Source: Syncephalis fuscata S228 (lineage: Eukaryota; Fungi; Zoopagomycota). From it: DNA of 64,000 nt. The position numbers and the translations under genes were made by a program. This document shows, one piece after another, positions 54,480 to 64,000 of the stretch. The stretch is taken from assembly GCA_025786725.1 (NCBI GenBank), contig JAHLTZ010000037.1, forward strand, positions 124,979 through 188,978. The letters are read 5' to 3'. How positions within the stretch are numbered: position 1 is the first letter of the stretch; every line of letters begins with the position of its first letter. The notes below the pieces were generated by a model, which had not been told where the DNA came from, searched no databases, and worked only from the letters and a program-made list of their open reading frames with translations.

Positions 54480-55288
54480 TTATTGATCGCGTTCTCGCCA
54501 TAATTCGGCCATTCGTTGAGCACCGCGCCATGCAATACGGAATGCTTCACCTTCCAAGGCACGTTGATAGAACTGCCAGAGAATACGTTGCTGTGTGCCG
54601 TTCTCCCAACTTTCCTTGTATCGTTGGCCCATATGCCAAACAGGTGTGAATACACCAGTGGCCATATGTTTACCTTTAATCCAACAGACAAATGATAAAT
54701 ATAATTAAATATCAATCATTCTTATAAATTACTTACCATATTCCATGTATATATCCGTGGCTAGCCATGGTTCTATAATTTCGTATTGATAATCATCAGG
54801 CATGACCTCTCGACGTCTAATTTATCATAAGCTATAACACCAAAGCTAATTTAACAAGTTTACTTACTGAGCCCGTCGGTCACGTTCTTCGCGTGTCATT
54901 ACGGTAGGTTTTGCGGCACCTACAGTTTGTAAGCAAATATTCTGCCTACTTATTTATCTATTCGCTACTTACCCGCCTCGTCACGTAAACATGCTGGCGT
55001 ACCACGTAGAAAGCGCAAAAACCAGCGATGCTCCCAGGCAAGCCAATGCTTTTCTTCATTAGATTTCTATATACAGTGTTGTATAAGTAATCATCTTGAC
55101 TCTTTTGACAAACTTACAAGTTCACGGCGTAAACAGTAGCGATTACAATGAGGCGGTTGCTTTTGATCAGGATCCACGTAACACACCGTAACACACCATT
55201 GTCTAGAACCGTCGGATCCATGTCGACGACCTCGACCCGACGGAAGTGGTGTTAATGGCGGTCGCAGTGGTGGTATAGGTAACGACAT
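54480..55288 (-). CDS. Hypothetical multi-exon protein, unknown function
   Basis: ATG at 55288, several GT..AG-bounded exons linking the 55091-55288 and 54480-54665 ORFs; Cys/Trp-rich segments. Confidence 0.55.
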
Positions 55289-55563
55289 GTTAAAGGTATG
55301 TAAACGATCAAAGGAAAGAAATGGGTGCTCCTTAAATTGCTATTGACATTTAATATACCAATGATTTGGTATATTAATAGTAAGTCACCTATAAACAGCT
55401 TCATTTAATTAGTTTCTTTGGAATGTAAAAAATAAGCGTTTCTAGATTTTTATTATTATTAAATTGTCTAAACAGTAAATATGTTATATTACTGTTATAT
55501 TGTTTGTAAATAATAAATCTATAATTGATTATAGTACTATTATAAAATCAAAGTTTAACATTA

Positions 55564-56560
55564 CTATAGTGTGTGATATGTCGAATATTCAGTGTCGAGC
55601 TGCGAATGACCAGGTATATGAGTGGTTTTTGGACGATTAGATAGTTTGGTAGCCATTTTTATGCGTTTACAATGGTTGTTCAGTAATGTGCTAACAACCA
55701 CCCTATCGTGCATGTGTTAGCGAGGCATTATAAATTGTCGGCCACACTTACCAATCTCCAGTAAAAAATAAATCAGCATTACTTCCGCCTATTTGAAGCG
55801 GTATGCAGATACAGCAGATAATATTGAATAGAGCGGCAAGAAACATTATTTGAATACCATCGTGTGCCAATCGTTTCCACGCTTCCGATCCAAGCGCACG
55901 ATACTGTTGCAAAGCCGTACGACAAAAGACGGCAGAAAGAAGTACATTAAGCGGTATTATAGTTACGGTCCAGACCCAAATAAAAAACGGCGGATAATGA
56001 ATAGCACAGCCATTTGGTACATCCAATGTGGCAAAACAGCCAAATATTACCATAAAAGCAAAACTTAGTTGCGGCAGAATTAGTGGAATACACGTATATA
56101 AAACCCATTTTTTTCGGTAAAGAATTAGATATGCCTTCTGAAGCAATATCAAGCTATTACAAAAATATGTAACTGACATTCCAAATCCGATGGACCATAT
56201 TAAATATCGACAGTTAAAGCAAAAGCCTAGATACACCAGTATAAATGTTGTAATAGTGATAACACCCGTAGCTGAAGGAATAAAACAGCACCAAGAGGCG
56301 AGAAGATGTGGACGGTTGAGAACCATTTTGGCTGAGATATATACATTGAGTGCGATAACGGGGAGGGCTCCCATTACAAATGCTATCTGGAATCTGATGC
56401 CTGAAAACTGGTCGTATTTTCTATTTCCGCTTTCAAAGCTTTGTACCTCGAAATCAAGCAAATTCATCTCGCCATATGGATGGAGTGGGATTCCCCATAC
56501 TTTGGTGGCATTATTTTGCCATTCAAGCTCTTCTGGATTGCTATAGTTGAATACTGGCAT
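55564..56560 (-). CDS. 7TM GPCR-like membrane protein, paralog 1 (exons 56560-55752, 55702-55564)
   Basis: ~7 hydrophobic segments; family motifs WGIPLHP.GE, LLQKAYL, AWKRLA.DGIQ, RPKT. Confidence 0.85.
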
Positions 56561-56690
56561 TGTAAAATGGTGGGAACTGATATCTAGGAATAAATGAAAA
56601 TACAAGAATTATTATTTACAGAAAAAACTAAACCATTCTACTTTATACCATCTAAGCTCAAAGTTATCCAAGCACATTGTCTCGGCAATA

Positions 56691-56700
56691 AAACCGGTAA
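56691..56700 (-). promoter_or_regulatory. Candidate shared promoter element (T/A)TACCGGTTT; copies also at 57874-57883, 60946-60955, 62882-62891
   Basis: Same orientation relative to each of four 7TM genes, ~130-190 bp upstream of ATG. Confidence 0.5.
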
Positions 56701-58026
56701 TTATATGCAGTTTTAAACCAGTTCTACGCGTGAACTAAAGCATTGTCTGCTCAGATTTCCTTTATATATAATATCGGAATTAACCTCATATATGCAATGA
56801 ATTGATTTTAAAGTATAACTGCCATATATATGGCACGATATTACAAAACTATGCACATTTCATGTATGTTAGTAGCTAAATGAATACAAGTACTTTAGAA
56901 AATGTACTGGAACCAAGAACCAATTTCCGATGGGTTTTCCAATCGTGCCACGTGATTGCTTAATTTGGCAGTAATGCACTAAAGTGTGTTTTTTTGCTAT
57001 ACACAATCGTCTCTCTGCTGGCTTGTGTGTCATAATATAATGAGAAATCTTACCAATATCATGTATCATATTTTATCTTTATCGTCAAACTGATTATATT
57101 GTACTATACTAGTGTAGTATAATGACAGCTCATTACATCTATGTAATTAAAATTTAAAAATCGATGAAATTAAGTAATACGAGCTATATACAAGCTGTGG
57201 CTAGTGAGTTGCTTTAAGATTGAATTATTCTAGAATTAAATAATTAAAAAAGATCCATTCAAAATGAGCATTAAAATATATTTATAGCAATATTGCACAA
57301 ATACAGCTTCACTATTTTACAATAATGTGCTTAACTAATGGCATTTTATATGTAGTAAACGCTTGTATAGTTGGTAATGATAATCGATGCATCACACAAT
57401 ACTTTAAATATCGCGATGTTGGCATTACAGCTTAACATGAGCTGATTTGTAATGTGATTGTTTTAATTTTAACGTAAATGTTAGTTATAGTAAAATTTGA
57501 TAGTTATGAATTATTGTGATCAGACTGATTGTTAATTTCAGTAGCAATCATTCGTGGTAAACGCACCATAATTTGTTGATGTTTAAATTTTCGTAAGTGA
57601 ATATGATAGCGTAGAGATTAAAATAATAAACAACAACTAAATTTATTTAAAATGCTGCTGGTAGTCTGGCATATTGGTGCATGTATTAAATCACTTAATT
57701 AGCAATTAATATATTTTGCTTTTGTGCAGAATAATACTATCACTTCAAGGTATAAAACTGTTTTAGGATGACTGACGATAAAGCATGTAAAAGATGGTAA
57801 AACTGCATGTGCAATGAGTCTATTTACACACAATCTTTGCTGCGTGCACTTGTTTTTCTATATATGTCACCATTTACCGGTTTGTTATGCAGGCAACCAA
57901 GGCCGGCAAATCTAGCTTTTTACCATTGTCTTTTCGATTCCGCCGGCCTTATCCAATTTCACTTACTCTAATTCACCTACAATCTTATAAGCGTCTTTGT
58001 ATAATCATACTAAACATATCCCATTA

Positions 58027-59011
58027 ATGCCTATCATCAGCGATACCGATCCAGCAGAGGTCGAGTGGATAAAGAATGCCACTACACTGTGGGGAATTCC
58101 ACTTCATCCGCTCGGTGAGCTAGATTTATACGATTTTTACACTCAAACAATTAGAGAATCACCCGAAAAGCACCACTCAATGGCCGGCGGCAAACTTCAA
58201 GTGATATTTACTATAATAGTGCTATCTATACATGTACGAAATTTTATTGTTTCGAGTAAAATGATAGCATCTTCTCCTCATTCGCTTGCCCCATGGTGCT
58301 GTTTAATATCTGCTTTTCTAGGCTTTGTGGCAGGCTCGACCTATATTTTTGCATTTTTAGGCCTTCTTCTAAAGTGCCGAGTCGTAGTATGGCTTGTTTT
58401 GTTTAAGCTAGCTTTGGTGTACTTTTTTAATAGCCTAATACTGCTACAAAAAGCCTATCTGGTACTGTATCGTAAAAAATGGATTATATACATTAGCATT
58501 CCATTTATGCTAATGCAGCTTGGTTTTGGCGTATTCAGCATATACTTTAGCTATGTCAAATTAGAAGCAGAAGCCGACTGTACGCTACATTATTGTATAT
58601 ACCTAATTTACTACTGGCTTGTAATTAGCATACCGCTCAATGTATTCTTCTCTGTTATTTTCTCCCGTGTCGCATTTCAACAGTATTCGGTGTATGGATC
58701 GGATGCATGGAAGCGATTAGCACGAGACGGTATTCAAGCAATGTGCTTGGCAGTATTTTGCAATCTATTTTTCTGTGCACTGCTCATGTTTCAGATAGGC
58801 AAAAGTAGATCAGATAACTGTTTCGTCTTGGATCTGTAGGTACTATACGATTATTATTTCAACTTACTAATACACTTTTAGAGTAATTGTCACCACTATA
58901 TTGGTCAACCATTGCCAAAACATGCGTAAAGTCAGCAGGATCTCCAATCGTCCAAAAACCAGCTATATACCTGGATATTCACAAATTGACACTGAAAACA
59001 GCAAACAATAA
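58027..59011 (+). CDS. 7TM GPCR-like membrane protein, paralog 2 (exons 58027-58835, 58882-59011)
   Basis: Same motifs and same phase-2 intron position. Confidence 0.85.
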
Positions 59012-59811
59012 TACTTTATAATAGAGACTCTGTTGCCAAAATAGTATTAATAAATACTTTAGTTTAAATATCATGTTTTGCACATGCATAAACAATGCTT
59101 GAATTTTATTTGTTGTTCGGGACAGTTTAAAAAAGCCAAAAAATGATAATAAACAGTTAAGCCTCTGTGTTTTTTCTGTGCTTTCTCTGCATTTAGTATG
59201 ATGTTACAGTTACTATTCAACTTAATTAAATAGAGCTGTGTAGTAAAAATTGATTAAAAAATAATTGGTCGGTGTATAGTCATCAACTTGAAAAATTAGT
59301 TATTGTCAGCTTTTACAAACATTATGCATGACACCAGCCATAACACGATTTATATTTATTAAAACTTTTGCCATTTATAGGAATATATAGAAAGAGAGAA
59401 AACAAAGGTCCCACAATCCTTAGTATTTAGTTAGAAATCGTTCCAAAAAAGGCTATTTTTGTAACCCACTGTGTAAATACAAAATATCTCGACAAGCTGC
59501 TTGTACTGTGAAGGCACATTATAAATTATAATGCATCACGGTCGCGCTACCACGTCCCAACTTCAGTACAGTTATCTGCGCTTTGGATGAGCGACTGGGT
59601 TATCGTCTAGGTAGAGCAACATTTGGATGCAAGTTCAAATGTGCCAGCCTTTGAGTCTGACCTTTGCCTATTATACTCCGCATTGTTTAGAATTATGTGC
59701 TGGTACAAATTTATCATTGCATTTTTAACAAAGTATAAGTATAGTAATAAATATCAGCTTAGTTTTATTATTTAGACTTTGCTAAAGGTAAGGTAGTTTA
59801 TAATTGCTTCA

Positions 59812-60797
59812 TTAGATTGCAGAACTTGCGATATGAAATTGTGACTGTCCAGGAATGTAGCTAGTTTTTGGACGATGTGAAAGATTGGTGACTCGTCGTA
59901 TATTCTGGCAATGATGAGTCAATATTGTGCTGACGATTACCCTGAGCAATAGTCAATAAATAGTAACTATCAGCGTAATAGTACTTACCAGTCTCCGGGG
60001 AAAAGTAGGTCAGCATTGACTCCACCCACTTGAAATTCAATACAAAAATAACAGAATATGTTGCAGAATACGGCCAGACACATTGCTTGAATGCCGTCAC
60101 GCGCCAGTCTTTTCCAAGCATCCGATCCATATGTGCGATATTGTTGGAATGCAATACGGCAGAAGATAATAGAGAAGATTACATTGAGCGGTATGGTAAT
60201 ACTGAACCAGTACCACATCAGGAAAGATGAATAGTGTGCAACGCAGCCTGTTTCCGCTTCCAGAGTAATGTATGTGTAAAATATAGAAAGAAATGGGTAC
60301 GGCATTTGTAATAATATTGATGGAATACCAACGTATAGCACCCATTTCTGTCGACAAAGTATTAGATAAGTCTTTTGAAGTACTATTAAACCATTGCACG
60401 TATAAACTACAGTTATTCCGAATACAATGGCCCACAAGACGTATCGGCAAGTAAAGAAAATGCCTAGCTGCACCATTATAATAAGCAAGCCGGTTAAGAT
60501 GCCCAAAAATGCTGGGATCAGACAGCACCATGGAGCAAGTATTCGTGGCCGCTCGACTACCATTTTAACGGAAATAACAAAATTATTGAAAACAATAGAG
60601 AGCATCATAATGGTAAACACTATCTGAAATTTGCTTCCAACTAAACGATGGCGCTGTTCCTGCAGATCGTTGGGTGTCTGCATATAAAAGTCAAATATAT
60701 TCATTTCACCAAGTGGATGGAGAGGAATGCCCCAAAACGTCTTGGCATCCTTCATCCACGCGGTTTCTGTAACGTTGGTATAATCGATAGACGGCAT
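59812..60797 (-). CDS. 7TM GPCR-like membrane protein, paralog 3 (exons 60797-59989, 59941-59812)
   Basis: Same motifs and intron. Confidence 0.85.
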
Positions 60798-61707
60798 TAG
60801 TGAATTATTATAATGTATAAAATAATAACAAATATTTTAAAGACTGAGGTAAGCTAGTACAAAGTGAAAAAGAAACGATACTCATTTAATGGCGAACTAA
60901 TCAACAAGCCATTTAATAATACCATGCCTTGTGGCTATGCATGTTAAACCGGTATTCAATCCTCGTTTGTCCTTGCACTAAAATCAACAAACTAATGCAC
61001 ACGACTATTGTATCATCTGCCTTTTTTACACTAGAAAATAAGTCTGCTACACTATTGCATATCTTACTAGTATGAGATTGCTATTATGTTCTGTTTATGA
61101 ATATTGCACACGATCGATTGATTTTTGAGATATGTAAAATTATGTGGTGACTTAATGTAGCAATCAACTGCAAATCCATCCAAAGGTTTGTTATACATAC
61201 TGCCAATTAGTACAAACTGTTTACCTGCTTTGAGTCCCCTCAGGTGACACGAAACCGCATGCATACTGCAGCTAAACGTCACGTGCAGGCTTCGTTTCGT
61301 TGTTTTTTCGTAATCCACCTTGAATGATAGCGCGAGGCTTTGATGAAATCAACGCCAAGTGGCTGTGTGGACTGATTCCATGTTACCAGGCCGATGAATC
61401 AAACGCTGATAACGCATACAGTGGTAGCATTTAATAAGCTGATACAATTTCAATAGTTTTCAATAAATGATCTAACGCTAAAACTATATTAAAGCAATAA
61501 ACCCCATAAAATATTGCTTGGTACATAAAATGTTTGCAGCATTTGTATTCAATTCTATTAACATTTGTATGTGTAAATTATTATGAAAAGTTATGCTTTA
61601 TTCTACCTTGAAATTACTGCATTGCTTTCGCCAACATATATGAAATAAAAACAGCAACTTTGAATACTACTTTACTACGTTGAAAGTAGTTTTGAATCAG
61701 TTTTAAG

Positions 61708-62693
61708 TTAAATCCTTGAGCTGGCAATGCCAATCTGAGAGCTTCCATGTAGATAGCTGATTTTTGGACGATGTGAAAAATTGGTGACTTGTCGCATATT
61801 TTGGCAATGGTGGGTCAGTATTGTGCTGACGATTACCCTAAGCAATAGTTAGTAAATAGTAACTATCAGCGTAATAATACTCACCAGTCTCCGGGGAAAA
61901 GTAGGTCAGCGTTGATTCCGCCTATTTGAAATGCTATAACAAACCAGCAAAAAATATTGCACAATACAGCCAAACACATCGCCTGAACGCCGTCGCGTGC
62001 CAAACGCCTCCAGGCATCCGAGCCATGCGTGCGATATTGTCGAAAGGAAACGTAGCAGAAAATAGCAGAGAGCAATAGATTAAGCGGCAAAGTGATACCA
62101 AGCCAGTACCATATAATAGCCGGAGGGTAATGCGCAACACAGCCGGCTTCTGTCTCTATCGTGACATAGGTGAAACAAACACTAAAAATAGGATATGCTA
62201 GTTGAGGCACCATCGATGGGATGCCAACGTACAGCACCCATTTTTGCCGACAAACAATCAAATATGCCTTCTGAAGCAGTATCAATCCATTGGAGATGTA
62301 CACTATAGATATTCCAAACACAATGGCCCATAAAACATCTCGGCAATGAAAGATGTAGTCCAACTCCATCATTATGATAATCAAACCAGTTATTATGCCC
62401 AAAATAGCAGGAATCAGGCAACACCAAGAAGATAGCACACGTGGGCGATTCACCACCATTTTGATAGAAATAATCAGGTTGTTGAAAACGATAGCAATCA
62501 TTATGACGGTGAATATTATTTGGAATCTATTGCCCGCCAATTGATTGTGTCGTTCTTTTAGATTGCCAGGTAGTTGCGTGTAGAAATCAAATACACTCAT
62601 TTCTCCGAGTGGATGAAGCGGAATTCCCCATAGGTCATCAGCATCCTTAATCCACTCCGTCTCTTTTAGATTGCTATAATTGATGATTGGCAT
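61708..62693 (-). CDS. 7TM GPCR-like membrane protein, paralog 4 (exons 62693-61885, 61837-61708)
   Basis: Same motifs and intron; closest to paralog 3. Confidence 0.85.
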
Positions 62694-63839
62694 TAATGAT
62701 TTTTGTATAATATATGGGTAAATATAGAGCTGTATAAATATTACTAAAAACAAACCGAAGAAAGAGGATGCAATAGCGAGGATACCGGACTAACCAGCTG
62801 TTCCATAATAACCAACTATACTTATAATGCTGTTTTCAGATCTAATCAAATGTTAAACTTGCCTTGTGTTGCATGCAAAGTAAACCGGTAAGTGAACACA
62901 ACTCATTTTTGCAAAACAACAGGTGAACAATATGTACGATAGCCTTACAACCTGTTTCACCATTTGCAAATCAATGCGATTCGTTCCATCGTGCTTAATT
63001 AACGTAAAATAATGGTCATACTAAGGGTACTCGTATAATGAATGAAAATTTGCCTCGTTGTACATACGAGACTCTTTAACATTTCTACTTAGTGGTAATT
63101 TAGTGACTTTATGTAACAACTTGTAAACATTATTAATAAATTATTTAAAAATCGCGTGGTTTTTATGCTGAGTCTTTGAATGGTGTCAAGAAGCATACAA
63201 GCAGTAACCAAGCAATACAACTTCGTCCATCGTGTCAATGACCCGTCACGTTCTTGGCTAGTACATTAGCATAGGATTACAGCGGGTTTTGCATGCACTG
63301 TGATGGCGGTAATTCAACAACAGTACAAACTCATAGTCGTAAATATTGTATTAATTGGTTGATTTGACTGATTGTAGCATGCATTCTGGTCATTAAGCGC
63401 AATAATATTGATTATCCAAATAATCTATAATTGACACTATTGCTGTATGTTGCTATAATCAGTTTTATATATTTTGCAATCAAGCTATACTGCTAATACT
63501 GTATTGTTTTCATGTTAACCTAAAAGTCACACTTGACAAATAAAATCTGCAAACAAGTCTTATGTTTATACAGCTTGATTGATAACAAACTTCTTGTAAC
63601 CATTTCTATTGAGCAGAAAGGAACATGATAAAACGTATGTGTAAACTATTAATACCACAGATAAAGCGTAGAAAAACAGACACAAATGTTTGGCGTCTAT
63701 TGCTAATTTCTTGCTTTTTATATTATATCGAATATCAACTGAAATTTAATTATTATTTTGCCCAAAATATATAAATACAATATTTAAGCTAAAGTATTTA
63801 TTAATACTATTTTGGCAACAGAGTCTCTATTATAAAGTA

Positions 63840-64000
63840 TTATTGTTTGCTGTTTTCAGTGTCAATTTGTGAATATCCAGGTATATAGCTGGTTTTTGGA
63901 CGATTGGAGATCCTGCTGACTTTACGCATGTTTTGGCAATGGTTGACCAATATAGTGGTGACAATTACTCTAAAGTGTATTAGTAAGTTGAAATAATAAC
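63840..64000 (-). CDS. 7TM GPCR-like membrane protein, paralog 5, last exon only (rest beyond window)
   Basis: Near-identical reverse complement of the paralog 2 last exon, intron end and 3' flank. Confidence 0.8.
   Translation of the reverse strand, partial: YYFNLLIHFRVIVTTILVNHCQNMRKVSRISNRPKTSYIPGYSQIDTENSKQ

Overview
AT-rich, intron-containing fungal genomic DNA. Gene content and style suggest an early-diverging fungus, possibly Zoopagomycota/Syncephalis-like; this is inference, not verified. The window holds two divergently transcribed Zn(II)2Cys6 transcription factors ~10.7 kb apart, a Tom20-SET/MYND fusion gene with a PAM2 motif, and genes for TSC10/KDSR, tubulin cofactor A, Mob2, PGM2-type phosphomutase, a ZUP1/Mug105-type C78 peptidase and cytoplasmic dynein heavy chain. 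It also has an unknown multi-exon gene, a ~396-bp-arm inverted repeat and a cluster of five paralogous 7TM-like genes. The standout is 29180-31566 (minus strand), invisible to the ORF track. What looks like an ~83-bp tandem repeat is a secreted-peptide gene: a signal-peptide exon, then 27 micro-exons (26 of 3 nt, one of 9 nt) between repeated ~75-82-nt introns, roughly one amino acid per exon. Splicing all of them gives an open 60-aa prepropeptide that ends exactly at the first codon of the terminal exon. Several single-base deletions in conserved genes point to assembly indel errors.
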